From: a virus
Strand: one strand, 5' to 3'
IMG/VR virus record: IMGVR_UViG_3300018428_005148
Span: 36,651-100,650 of that record
Length of the DNA stretch: 64,000 bases
Part shown: positions 29,201 through 39,100 of the stretch, in pieces
Layout of the letters: every line of letters begins with the position of its first letter
Position numbering within the stretch: position 1 is the stretch's first letter
The notes under the pieces: generated by a model
Told to the model about the DNA's origin: nothing
What the model saw: only the letters and a program-made list of their open reading frames with translations
Databases searched by the model: none
Position numbers and translations under genes: made by a program

Positions 29201-32200
29201 GTCGCCGTTATCATTGGCGGCAATCCTGTGTCCAAATCTTTGGCCTGAACCACCATCTGGTGCCTGTATGGTGTAATCCAATGTCCATGAGTCATAAGTT
29301 GATCCATCCGCGCCAACTCCCCAAGTGTACATGTAAACCACTCCTGTGTCGCTGTTTAGGCCTGGCGCCGATACAAACATGTACTTCGAAGCAGTGCTCC
29401 TGACCGAGTCAGCGCCTGGCTCTGATATCTTGTGCGCCCAACCAAAATTCTGACTTGCGGCGTCCGTGGGAGGTCTACGTGTAACTAGTGTGCCGTATTT
29501 GAACGTAGAAGGATCCCAAACGAAAACTTTGATGGCGCCCGCGTCAGCAAATCTCGTGCTACCATCTGAACCAATGGCATTGGCGTAGGGTGCGCCAGCC
29601 ACTACAAAATTTTCATCTGTGCTGATTGATAAACTTTCTCCCAACCTTGATGTGTTGTCATCACCCACGGTCGTTGTCACCGTTGATTGTGTTTCAAACG
29701 CTGTGCCGGGCGACGTAGAACTCCTGAACAGGAAGTGAACAGCGCCTTGATTTTTGCCTGGGGCGGTAGCCACCAGTGTTCTCCCATCGTTCCTTGCCAC
29801 TACTCTGTGGCCGAATTCCTGATCAGTGGTCGTGGAGTCTGGTGACAGTATCTGCTTCACTGTGTATGGATCTTGTTTTTCGTACACACGCCACAATCCG
29901 CTTGAATCTGCGTCCGCAAAAACCACGTCTCCCTGCCTTCCCGCAGAGTATTCCTTGTCCCTGTACTGAGAATATGAAAGGTTGTCATTGACATTGTTCA
30001 TAGATGCCAGACGCACCGAAATAAATTTGTACACGTTACCATAAGAATCCGCAGTTGATCCATCCTCAAGAACCGGAATAAACGAGGTGTTGCCGTCGTA
30101 ACCTATTACCACTGTGTTGTGATCTATCACCCTCGCGACTTGATAGGCACCGTTCAATGTTTCTGACTCGCTGTTGGCTATGGCAAAATAGTCTGCTTCT
30201 GTGGTCATGCTTCCTGCACTTAATCCATGGCTTCCAGTGAATCTTATCTGCAACTGTGTTGCGTTATTGAGAGATTTTATACTTGCGATTTTGAAACCTG
30301 CCACTGTCAGCCTCAACACGTCCCAGTCCTTGTTGCCTTTGTTGGCAACCCAGATCAATTCATTCTCACTCACTTCGTTGACGTCTATGTCAAGCAACTC
30401 GGTAATGTCGAACAGAGTCCTTTGGACCTGAGTCAACCTAGGGTATCCCGCAGTTTTCAATACCTGCACCGTGTCCCTGTCCACGTCGGCTTTCGAGTAA
30501 TCATAGGTTTTGAAAGTGGTCGCCGCTGTGTAGTCTATAGGCTTGTAGTACAACGAATCTTTTTGTACCGTTACGCTTCTTGCCCATTCTGTGGCATCCG
30601 TGGTTGTGTCTGTGAGCTCTATGCTCTGCGGGTTCAGTAGAACTTTGTCGTCTTCTAAGGTGATCTGCACATTATTGACGGAGTCACTGTTTCCGAACTC
30701 TCCGGTCCTAATCATCCACTCTGGATAAAGATTGATGTCAATGTCTTCTCCCTCATACTTGGCCTTGAGGATTTTATCTATTGCCTTCTGCGTGCCTTTG
30801 TCGCGTATGTAGCCTTGGTAGAACTTGTACTGCGACACGTCATTGACGAAAAGGTTTTCCAGGTAATCCCTGCTTTGGTAACCTATCAATCTTTGTGCTA
30901 GGTTCTGTTGTGATTCATCAAAATTATTTGTTTCAAGATTGTAGAAATCATTGAACTGCGATATCTTGTAGTCGAAGTTTGGTATCAGCGATGGTGCTGG
31001 TTTTTCTGTCTTGTATATCCAGTTTCCTGTTATGAATTTACTGCCTGAATTATGATTGACACTTGCCACATAGAATTTTCCTTGGTACTCGACAGTGTCC
31101 CCTAGTCTGTAATCGGTGTTGGCCAACCAGTATGTAACCTGGGCCGCGTCGAACACAAATCCAGGTGAGTAATAATCGCCGTTCCACCCTCCTGTCTTCC
31201 ATCCAACCAGTTTCAGCCTTTGCTGTCTGAATCCTGTGAAAGGTTGGTAGATGATGTCTGAGAATGCTGTGGTGTTGTCAAGCAATATGATGTGCTCCTT
31301 CTGGACAGTGTTTAATGCAATGTTGTACAATCCAATGTTCGGATTCTTGATTCCCAGGTCGAATGTTTTGCCTATCTTCTTGATGCTGGTATCACGTATG
31401 TCGATTTTCCTACCTCCTGCGTCCAACAGAGAGTAATCACCTGTGAGGTTACGCAACTTGCCTACGATAGAGTTTTCAGTGTCAAGCTCAAAGCCGTCCG
31501 CCGCTGGAGAAACAGTGATTGCCGATCCCGGTGCCCACTCCTGGGTCGTCCAATACAAAAATTCTTTTGTGGCGTTTGTCCAGTTCAAAACTTCCTTCAG
31601 TTCATTTGAGTACTTGTTGAATTTGAATCCTTTATCCTGTAACCAGTGGCCGTATCCCAACAAGAAGTCAGCCACGTCCTGCGCTGTGTCAAACACATAT
31701 CCGTATGGGATAGTTTGAGTGACTTCAGAATATTGGCTGTACTGCAAGACATCTATTGAGCCGCCCACGCTTACCTTGGTTGATGGCGATGCTTTCACAG
31801 GATAGTTGAACTGGAAGTAAGGCGTGGTTGTAGAATAACCGAGAACCTTAAATCCTCCCGACAGTGTAGAACCGTCCTCGCTGATGTCTGTATTCTTCTC
31901 TATCAGCACTCCAGAATAGTAGAAAGATTCTACAGGGTTTGATGTCCTGAACAGTATCTTGTAGTTCTCGTCAGGTATAATTTTACTGCCCGCTGTGGAT
32001 CCAGGCGATACAGAGTCCGTCAATATTTTTAGATTGTCCTTGTCAGTGAAGCCTCCTAGTTTGTAGGCGAGTTGCACCTTCAGATTTTTCATCTTATCGT
32101 AATAAAAAGTTACCGGATCTAGGTTCCTATGCACAAGGTAGTTCACTACAAAGTTCTGATAACCGGCTGTCTGATACCTTGTCGTGACTCCTGTCGCGTT

Positions 32201-35200
32201 GTTTGTTTCTGTTTCCAGATGGTACTTGGCATCTTTTAAAGTTGCACGAACGCCTGTAGTGGAATATATTTGGTTGCCTGCGGTGTTGGTTGACAACCTT
32301 GAAGTATCAAAGAAGTTTGAAAAGAATTTAGCAGGTTTGGTTAGCGCCAAAGTTTTCACAACAGTAAACGGATACGCCGACGACCTCCTCCAGGCCGTTT
32401 CCGCCGGTGATTGGTCACCAAATTTCCATGAAGATCGTCTGCCCGGAATGTTAAAATTACTGATAAGTCCTGCCGCTATTGGGTCGAGAAGGTTTCCTGA
32501 TGCGTCGACCGGCAAGTATGATTTGATGTTTGGTTTGCCGTATCTGCCGGTTTGAGTGGCGATTGCGTCCCATAAAACGTCATTGCCTGAAGTGTATGGA
32601 GCCGCACCATATGTGGTTTCCCAATTTGTTGGCTTCTCACTGTGACCGAGTATCTCCCATGGTCTAGTGTGTGGTGAATCTGTGTCGTAGTAGTACTTGT
32701 AGATCGCTCTCCAGTATCCAGGCAATTTTGCACTGTCAAGTCTACCTGTTGAATTCGAATAGTTGTAGGTGAAAGGTGAACCTTCAGAAAATGTTGTGTT
32801 GTTGATGTACTGGACACTATTCCTGCCGGCCCACACGTAGAAATCAGAGGCCATGGAGTCGTTGACCTCTTGCAGGGTATACTCAGTGCTGTAAAAAGCG
32901 GTCGGCATAACATCGTTAATGTCTAAAAGACTTGAATCATACGACACCTTGCAGTTGTTGTATATCCTTTTCTCTAATTCCAGTATTAGGTCATCCCTTT
33001 CGTCGCCATACGCTTTGATAATAGAACCATCGTGCCTCCTTATAACCGATTGGTTAGTGATGTACGTGTCATCTGTGTAGGTCTCGGGTTTGAACCTAGG
33101 GTACATGCCCATCTTTGTAGGCGAAGGAGGCATGTAACTTCCTGTGGTATCTGCATAATCTTTAATTTTTATCTTGTCACCAACTGCCAATGCCTTTGAT
33201 ATGCTTACGCTGTCGTCCTCAGTACTGAAACTGTAATCCTGTCCCAATACCAGTTGCACATCATTGAGGTAAACGTACACGGCTCTGTTGCTGGTGCTGG
33301 TCACGTCAAACTGTGAATCTAGTGCATAATCTGTTTGTGAAACGCCCTGCACAGTGTATGACCTTGTAGATACATTCTCTCCCCAACCCAACATGTCTTC
33401 ATAAAAGAATGGAAAACTATTGTTCTTGCCAGCAGACATGGATGCAATGATTTCATCCACCCTGGCGGCCGCATCGCCCTCATATGCAGTGCCAACAGCG
33501 TGTGTAAGGAATGCGTTGTACCATTTTTCATATTCCTGATTAGAGTATTCTATTGACCTGATAACGTTTGATTCTTGATCTATCAAACCAAATATGGCAG
33601 GCACCAAAGAGCCCTCGTGCTGTTGGATTGTGCCACCCTTTAATCTTGCATCAGGTACGTCACGCAAATTAGTGACCCCAGGAATCGCACCTGTCACGTC
33701 AGCATTTTTGTCCAGTATATCTTGGGCGTGTTGTAAAATTTGTCCATATGTAAACGTGCCTAGTTTATCATTCAATCCATTTGTTGCAAGGTTCTCTGGC
33801 AATTCATAAATTCCTTTATTTGATGCTTTGTCAGACTTGCTGTAACCTGCTATTCTCACCTGGTCGTTGGCCTGCAAATCTTTATTAAACTTCACGTACT
33901 TGTTCACTGTTCCGTCAACTAAAGTGTAGTCAGTGACCACATTTTTTTGAGTTCCATTTACCTTGACACTTATTTCTAGATCGGACAATGTTGCAGATTG
34001 ACTATAGAAATCAACGGGAAAAAGTTTTTTCTCATTGTCATCCACAATCAGAGTCCTGATTACCCTTTGCTTACTTTCAGATTCCCTTTGGATCCATGCA
34101 CTCTTGCTGTTGTGAGTCGTTCTTGCTGTGGTGTAATGCAAATGTCCCTCTGCAAAATTTTTTGTCAGGTTTGTTGTTCCTGACTTGTACGTGAATGTGC
34201 CCGACGTGTGGTCAGATTCGAAGACCATATCTCCAACGTTGTTCAATGTGTTGTATTTCACTTTAATACCAAGCACCGTATCTGTTGTAGCGGAATCACT
34301 TGTTGCAAATGCAAAAACCTTGGCGCCTGTGAATGACGAATTGGGATACACTGTGCTATCTGCAAAACTTTTGTGTTGATTGTCAAACATGCCAAAAAGA
34401 GGCTGTTGGTTCAAACCTGTCTTTTGTTGTGACTCCTTCCATGTCGAGCTGTCACTATCGTAGTGAAAAGTCTTACCTTGATTGTCTGTTCCAAACTCTA
34501 TAAACACACTGTCTAGGTCCTCCGGTGAGCCATCACTGGCTTCTGTCAATGATATTACCTGCGTAGAATCACCTGCTGTGACAAAGTTAACATCATAAAT
34601 CTTTCCTTTAACCAACGGATCCGTGTCATTGGCAAAGATTACCCTCATTCCTGTCTGCAATGATAGCCCATCAATAATGTAACCTGTCTGTTTTACGACA
34701 TCACTGAATGCGTCTGTTGTCACTGTGTCATAAAGTGTAACTGAACGTTTGGCAACGGTACCGTGGTTGTATAACGCAAGTCCCGAGTCAAACTCGATGA
34801 TGGGACGTTTGGCCCTGTCATCTTCATTGAAAGTTGGGGTGAACCCGCCAATCCTCGCTGTCTCTTCTATAACTGACCTGTGAAACCATCTGTTGTACCT
34901 GGACCATGCGTTCTGGTCTAGAGAATCTCTCTTGATCGTGATGTAATCTTTGTCTTCTGGTGTGTAAAAAGCCTTTGCATAAGGACGAGTGTCATAGGCC
35001 ACTTGATCATAAAGTATTGTGGTCTCTGTTGCGTAACTGCCTGGGGTAATTAGATCGGTGACATCTGTAAGTGTAATCGCATCTCCCACTCCTTCCACGT
35101 AAAACTCTTTGTCCTGATATTCACTGCCTACTAAACTGTTTGTGAATTTTATCTTCATTCCATTTGAAAGGTCTAGTGTTCGCAGACTGTAATTTTTCAC

Positions 35201-36112
35201 ACCTATTATGTCATCGGCCACGTTTATGCTTGTGGTTGTGGTCGCGTCCACTATCTGCAAAATACCATACATGGCATCATGATTTCCACATTGGTAGTAA
35301 AGTGTGTCTGGTGTGTCTGTCGACACGGTAAAAGTCACCGTGCCCTTGTCAGTACCGTTGTTAGTCACGCCAGTGGAGTACACTGTAGATGTTGACCCAT
35401 CTTGGGCAACCTTGCTCTTGTAGGGTTCTGTCATTATCCAGAATGGATGACCATTTGCGTCAACGTTGAATCTATAGGTATTGCCTCTGTACAACTTCAG
35501 TATTGGATTGGTTTCATTTTTCCTGTGCGTAAAATCCCAACCACTCCTATCAGTCTTGTTAGTGACCTTGTACTCCGCAACAGCAGAAGGGCCAACCCCG
35601 TCTATTTCTATTGATCCCGGGCCTCCAGGCATCCAGTAGTATTCTCTGTAATTTACTAGTTTGTCTATATCAATTGCGGGATTCCATGAGTACACAGCCT
35701 CCTTGTTAAGCCTGTCATGATTGTCTACCTTACCACCAAAATATTTGATCTGATTTATGTAATCATCATAGGTTCCTGTGAACTTGACTTGGTCCTCTGG
35801 GTTGACTGATGTCGTATCTTTATCGGTATAAGTCACAGCAGGTTCCAGTTGGTATGCGAATCTGTCCCTGCTTGTGGCAGATACATACCTGTCTGTAATT
35901 TTTCTTGTGTAGGCGTCTTGCCTTCCAATAAATCCATCCAGTCTTTCAAGTTTTCCTTTTTGGACTAATGGATCAAGCGTACTGGCAAGGAACCTTTGGT
36001 TAGCATCTGTCCTGTAGAATGCAGGCAGGTGTTGCACCGTTCTTCTGTACTCGTTGCTTCCTTGCTTTACTACCTCGTTGTTTGTGAGTGAATCTGTTAT
36101 GCTGTCAGCCAT
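23237..36112 (-). CDS. Giant baseplate wedge / virion structural protein (4291 aa)
   Basis: Follows the gp6-like gene. Contains YINEVKPFHTKLR, FG-GAP-like repeats, GGSGY..APTV repeats, GDGST-initiated beta modules and a cupredoxin-like N-terminal domain. Confidence 0.8.
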   Translation of the reverse strand: MADSITDSLTNNEVVKQGSNEYRRTVQHLPAFYRTDANQRFLASTLDPLVQKGKLERLDGFIGRQDAYTRKITDRYVSATSRDRFAYQLEPAVTYTDKDTTSVNPEDQVKFTGTYDDYINQIKYFGGKVDNHDRLNKEAVYSWNPAIDIDKLVNYREYYWMPGGPGSIEIDGVGPSAVAEYKVTNKTDRSGWDFTHRKNETNPILKLYRGNTYRFNVDANGHPFWIMTEPYKSKVAQDGSTSTVYSTGVTNNGTDKGTVTFTVSTDTPDTLYYQCGNHDAMYGILQIVDATTTTSINVADDIIGVKNYSLRTLDLSNGMKIKFTNSLVGSEYQDKEFYVEGVGDAITLTDVTDLITPGSYATETTILYDQVAYDTRPYAKAFYTPEDKDYITIKRDSLDQNAWSRYNRWFHRSVIEETARIGGFTPTFNEDDRAKRPIIEFDSGLALYNHGTVAKRSVTLYDTVTTDAFSDVVKQTGYIIDGLSLQTGMRVIFANDTDPLVKGKIYDVNFVTAGDSTQVISLTEASDGSPEDLDSVFIEFGTDNQGKTFHYDSDSSTWKESQQKTGLNQQPLFGMFDNQHKSFADSTVYPNSSFTGAKVFAFATSDSATTDTVLGIKVKYNTLNNVGDMVFESDHTSGTFTYKSGTTNLTKNFAEGHLHYTTARTTHNSKSAWIQRESESKQRVIRTLIVDDNEKKLFPVDFYSQSATLSDLEISVKVNGTQKNVVTDYTLVDGTVNKYVKFNKDLQANDQVRIAGYSKSDKASNKGIYELPENLATNGLNDKLGTFTYGQILQHAQDILDKNADVTGAIPGVTNLRDVPDARLKGGTIQQHEGSLVPAIFGLIDQESNVIRSIEYSNQEYEKWYNAFLTHAVGTAYEGDAAARVDEIIASMSAGKNNSFPFFYEDMLGWGENVSTRSYTVQGVSQTDYALDSQFDVTSTSNRAVYVYLNDVQLVLGQDYSFSTEDDSVSISKALAVGDKIKIKDYADTTGSYMPPSPTKMGMYPRFKPETYTDDTYITNQSVIRRHDGSIIKAYGDERDDLILELEKRIYNNCKVSYDSSLLDINDVMPTAFYSTEYTLQEVNDSMASDFYVWAGRNSVQYINNTTFSEGSPFTYNYSNSTGRLDSAKLPGYWRAIYKYYYDTDSPHTRPWEILGHSEKPTNWETTYGAAPYTSGNDVLWDAIATQTGRYGKPNIKSYLPVDASGNLLDPIAAGLISNFNIPGRRSSWKFGDQSPAETAWRRSSAYPFTVVKTLALTKPAKFFSNFFDTSRLSTNTAGNQIYSTTGVRATLKDAKYHLETETNNATGVTTRYQTAGYQNFVVNYLVHRNLDPVTFYYDKMKNLKVQLAYKLGGFTDKDNLKILTDSVSPGSTAGSKIIPDENYKILFRTSNPVESFYYSGVLIEKNTDISEDGSTLSGGFKVLGYSTTTPYFQFNYPVKASPSTKVSVGGSIDVLQYSQYSEVTQTIPYGYVFDTAQDVADFLLGYGHWLQDKGFKFNKYSNELKEVLNWTNATKEFLYWTTQEWAPGSAITVSPAADGFELDTENSIVGKLRNLTGDYSLLDAGGRKIDIRDTSIKKIGKTFDLGIKNPNIGLYNIALNTVQKEHIILLDNTTAFSDIIYQPFTGFRQQRLKLVGWKTGGWNGDYYSPGFVFDAAQVTYWLANTDYRLGDTVEYQGKFYVASVNHNSGSKFITGNWIYKTEKPAPSLIPNFDYKISQFNDFYNLETNNFDESQQNLAQRLIGYQSRDYLENLFVNDVSQYKFYQGYIRDKGTQKAIDKILKAKYEGEDIDINLYPEWMIRTGEFGNSDSVNNVQITLEDDKVLLNPQSIELTDTTTDATEWARSVTVQKDSLYYKPIDYTAATTFKTYDYSKADVDRDTVQVLKTAGYPRLTQVQRTLFDITELLDIDVNEVSENELIWVANKGNKDWDVLRLTVAGFKIASIKSLNNATQLQIRFTGSHGLSAGSMTTEADYFAIANSESETLNGAYQVARVIDHNTVVIGYDGNTSFIPVLEDGSTADSYGNVYKFISVRLASMNNVNDNLSYSQYRDKEYSAGRQGDVVFADADSSGLWRVYEKQDPYTVKQILSPDSTTTDQEFGHRVVARNDGRTLVATAPGKNQGAVHFLFRSSTSPGTAFETQSTVTTTVGDDNTSRLGESLSISTDENFVVAGAPYANAIGSDGSTRFADAGAIKVFVWDPSTFKYGTLVTRRPPTDAASQNFGWAHKISEPGADSVRSTASKYMFVSAPGLNSDTGVVYMYTWGVGADGSTYDSWTLDYTIQAPDGGSGQRFGHRIAANDNGDILAISSLAPGNAGKVEIFRRTSQSNDGSTQNSFEHVQTLTGTSSDGSSLNTAFGESVDMNKDGTTLIIGAPGVDGSESADLGAVYYYKWNADGSTNTYTLQQTISSPDTQINMKFGSTVSINNSGNRIAIGSENFANSREMKFDSGETTFDLQDTTIVDSNTGSGATYTATLYNTQYVIDDRLVTTNVDSFDDFGRGVTVIDDAVFVGAPDDDGNLTTDGSTKVSNDGTVTAFELTTAQEYAWKQIAYEEPLINVNLAGQVFDFDNRSKSIRSHYDLYDPVKGRIPGIADREINIRTPWDPAQYNNVDTNQAPWGKEHIGEVWWDLSKVKWIWYEQGSQEYKSNNWGKLFPGSSVDIYEWVESTVLPSQWDIRSGSDQGNREGISGTPYAPDDSRYSVERRYNANLDRFVNVYYFWVRNKVNLPNNSVVTRKNSVSYVANLIANPQRYGIKYYAITDPNKLLVYNITNLTNDHIVLNVDFKSIEFDGTNHSVWKLVREGDPAFRPGSNVETRWWDSLIGKNTAGDLVPDISLPINERYGNRVRPRQSWYTDRYAALKEIIDYANTVLKKQQMVGQFSQTNLNKLDPEPTANSLEWDATVDTYSDLTYIDTRNLSGTVKYLVKADETCDGLWAIYSWDGTEFTRTKVQSFKTDRFWSYIDWYKSDGDMVHDENTVIDAQVTYQYELDTLDLDIGKHVKVTNADTGGWKLFMKTATSWENVGTENGTIRISTKLYDYSQDATGFAGADNFDDNSFDEEPSAETRNILTALRDDLFINDLAIEYNTLFFTGLRKVLEQQTYVDWMFKTSFINASNSVRELDQRKTYTLGTDNWIESYINEVKPFHTKLREYKLGYTSLETQDGIFTDFDAPAFYDSATGKIRSLNVNSDTAKLTEYPWQMWNDYHKKYVSDITLTSGGSGYEVAPTVTVLGGTVGSTGPFQIQATSSSGSTSGSFGYYYPLFTSQKQAEIYDTQNSGAGSTKSYTFVNYAGTFYGPASSTMEAQSTKSGTFKMYVTPSTTAATATATIQNGAVNKITLNTKGANYTSTPVVLITGGKKDGSTPTDTAKAYANLNNDLVRDFDTTIKFDRISATSTVVDWEKNKSYAYQDLIRYNNELYKATSAFTSTTDFDDNLGNVYKYYGDETGLTAADRTKGFYTPSSGMAGNELSQLMTGVDYGGTMVTGLLFNQEAGWDNAGWYDFAWDNYGGSRVVTFVGDGSTVAFTFSTAPSSTDVYQVYTKTDGVRTKTADSFRGDGSTTTFTLSTAPASGHLVEFIPFDDDGVLTPTDDRTLDSIVKGGLFTSAIGHAPSDILLEGDGFVTPDTSYAPEEAVPGQMFDTVDIKVYTSPESGVPLITEKNYRGDGTETTFALGDYPGTLGSVTVAVDGVIQKGSALDSTISDYTIDVGAKTITFDTAPANLSVISTKVFAISGENYRVLDTYTGDGSTTTFLTSTRGEFNLDSTSSEIYITIDGVPTTDFTTSISANTVTVTFTTVPPADSFIQVAGYNKSATTTRSHASIRNEGITYDGSTTRYTLTYPPGSIGPFSGLTMIEVNGKVLRGPDNTYYVGDGSTYTYGVASGLGDESTVDPAKTITSALQVQVFVNGVEKNLNTHYTVDIGNQNVNFNTDSVPTATDVICISTLVDNHYYNQGTDVILKPSQIATDGYTLNTNDVLSVTTFNNALGMKQRREVLEGQPSGEFYLRFAPLNASYMWVWLNGEQITQGVDYTVTPHFTSDDTKITIVGKTITSSDRLDVMYFALESAKGATGFRIFKDMLNRTFYKRISKNATTEIANVVTEGSQTITVRDGSVLATPSIGNNTPGVIFIDKERIEYFTKTGNVLGQLRRGTLGTGIKAHGSGAEVVDASGTQTIPYADTVYTNTFTGDGSTVVFALSQAPSSAGELDIFIGGQRLLLTSEDGSTINYSVDGSTQAVTLTSAPASGTQIKILHKRGQVWYTAKDGNPADGKGLQKSTTQQARFIADEPTNAPE

Positions 36113-39100
36113 TAATATCCTGCCCCACTACTGCCGGAACTTGATCCCGATCCTGATGTAGTAGAGCCTGATACCGCTGAACCTGTTGTGGTGTTCGAAG
36201 TGGCTGTTGATGTTGATGTGACCACAGTTCCGGAAGCCTCAAGTTGGTTGGCTCCAAGTGCTGTTATAATCGACACATCATCAACGGTGGCCCCACTGAT
36301 GAAAATCTCGTCTGCCGCTGAATCTATTTGGAACAGAGACCCAAAACTCTGACCGGATTGGTTTGGCACTATCACTGCGGTCAGCAGGTCTGGTGCCAAC
36401 CTGTTGTGTATGTATGCGGCTAATTCTGTAAAGTAAAACGTGTCACCAAAATCCCAGTTATCCAGTGCGAAGAATTCGTTTATGGCCTGTATCACACGTG
36501 TTTTAATCACTGCATTGGTGACGTTGGTTTTTGGATTTTTGACAACCTTGAATGTGGCTTGAAGTTCATCATCGGCGTTGTTTCCAAAAAGTATCTTGTA
36601 TTTCACAGGATGATAAACTATTTGATCAGACAGTGATTTCAATGGGTTAAGTATGCCCGAGTATGCGATTCTCAATTGGTCAGAGGTCGAAGGTGTTGGT
36701 TTAGCGCCTCCATCCTGCAACCAAACCCTGTATGCGTTGTCGTACGTTCTCTCCAACATGAAGATATCTATTATGTTAGACACACTAGGATCTATCCTGG
36801 TCTCCTGTCCTGCGTTGTGCTTGTATTGGAAACTGATCGAGCTTCTACCTTTTCTCGCAATATAATCTGTGCTGGTAGACAGTGTGTTGGTTGCTGAATC
36901 ATATTTTTTAATAACATTTTCTGATGTATCAAAGAAATAAAACAACTGGTTGTTGTCGTAACTTGTCACATTCAAGTCGATGTCCGACTCGTTCTGTGTG
37001 ACAACAAAGTTACTTGCGGCATATGGCCTGTATCGTTCTATGTTGTCATAAGAAAGATATTTTTCAAAGAATACGAATTTTGTTGATTCTGACAAGGTTG
37101 GCTCAACATATATGTCAAACAGTTCGGGATTGTCAACCACTCCGTCATCATCTCTGTCATAGAAACCTATTTTCACTTTCCTGTTGTCCTGGAATCCATC
37201 AGATTCTGTTACTGTGTCTACCACCTGCCATTCTAATGGATAACCAATACTGTTAGAAGTAGAAATAATGCTGTTTGTTTTAAGTATTTTCACCGTGTCT
37301 TTCACAGTCTGTCCTGTCTTGTAGTCGTAAATTTTTTCCTGGCTGTCATAATGGAATTTGTTTTGAGCTTCTGATTCAAAAATGTAATCCAACTTCCTAT
37401 AAGTTACTGTGTAGGTGCTACCGTCATTAGAAAACTTGAACCACCAACTTGTATCAAGGTTGGTTCCTGAAGTGTCGCCTGAGTTGTTCAAACTGAACAC
37501 GGCACTGCTACTCAAATTAGATGATGTAATTACTTTCCACGTTTCTGTGTCAATGTCATACCTTAAACCAAACTCCTCGTAGGCCTCTATTCTGTTCAAC
37601 AAATCTGCTTCCAGACTAGCCGGAAAAGATGTGGTCAAATTTGGAATTACGGCGTTGAGCACTGCTCCTCCTGGGACCACGTTTGCAAGTGTTACCGGGC
37701 CAGATCCGTTTTCCAAGTTTCCGTTTCCTCCGTTGGCTCCATCGCCAACCACTGCACCTATCTTGGCCCATATTCTGTCTTCGGCGTTTTCAGTGCTGGA
37801 AGTCACGAGTTTGCCATTTTTGAATTTACGTGTATCCGGAGATGTGAATTTGATCAATGAACCGACTTTTGCGTACTTCAAGTTGGACGTGGCAAAGTCA
37901 CCTATGACCAACGCTCCACTTTGGTCGACGTACCCTGTGTTGCTGTTGGATGATGTCGTGGTGCTGTTCCAGGTTGCAGTCAAACTGCTAAGATCTTTTG
38001 CGGCGTACTTCAAATAGTAAAATTGTCTGCTGTACGCTTCCTTTAATTTGGCTTCGACAGATGTATCTATAACTGATTGTATCTCACTCCTATTTGTAAA
38101 ATTAAAAGTGAACTGCTGAGTAGACTCTTCTCTGTAAATTATGCCGTCGTCGGCGAAAACATTTACATTACTGTAGGCCCCTGTCGGGTCTAATATTTCT
38201 TTTGCCCTCGATATTCCAGACGCTGATCTGTTAGTGGATCGTATTTTTACTATTTCCTGTGAAGCGGACAAAGGCACTACCTGGTAGTCCTCAGCGGTTA
38301 TCATCCTGTTCTGAGAGTAGTAAACCTGACCTGCCTTTTCTCTGATTGAATCGTTTGATTCTGTGGCAGAAGCGTTGTACACGCTTGACTTCAAACCTAA
38401 AGATATTGTGATAGTCTGCTGTGCCCCGTTCGCATCCGAGTAAGGCACCGCCAACTGTATGTTAGTTAGGTCCGCTGGCTGTATTGAAAATTTTTCATTG
38501 TCACTGACCCTAAAGTATGTCCTGAACGTGCCCAATGGTAGGTTAGAAAAAGTTCCGTCTCCGAAGACAAAATCTATTGCGTCATCTGTTTTTGTTACAA
38601 CATTGTAGATATTTCTTTCATTGTTAGAAAGTGAATTGTATATTGCATTATTACCGCTCAATGATGGTACCTTTGTCCACTTCTCCAGTATCTGCCCGAA
38701 TTGATCAAGTTTGTATAACCACACATCAGAATCATTGATGTCTATCTGTTCTATCGACTTGACAAAATTTGTAACAGCAGTGTTCACAGTGAACTCAGAC
38801 AGTTGTAGGTTACCTTGCTTGAAAAGGAAAAAGAAACCAGTGTTGTTGGAACTGTCTCCTGATCCATCTGACCTGTATGTGTAAGTAAGACCTGTGCCTG
38901 GTATAGGATCGCCTTCGTATATTGACTCTGAACCAGTGATCTTGCATGGCACTATTTCGAACTGCCTCGCCACTCCTCCCACTGCTTTGTTGAATTTAAA
39001 AAGCGGTAGGTCTGTCTGGTTGGAACTCAACGTGTAGACTTCCGTGTCGATGCCACCTATCTGTGATGACTCCCTGGGCTTGCCAAAAAGTTGTCCTGTT

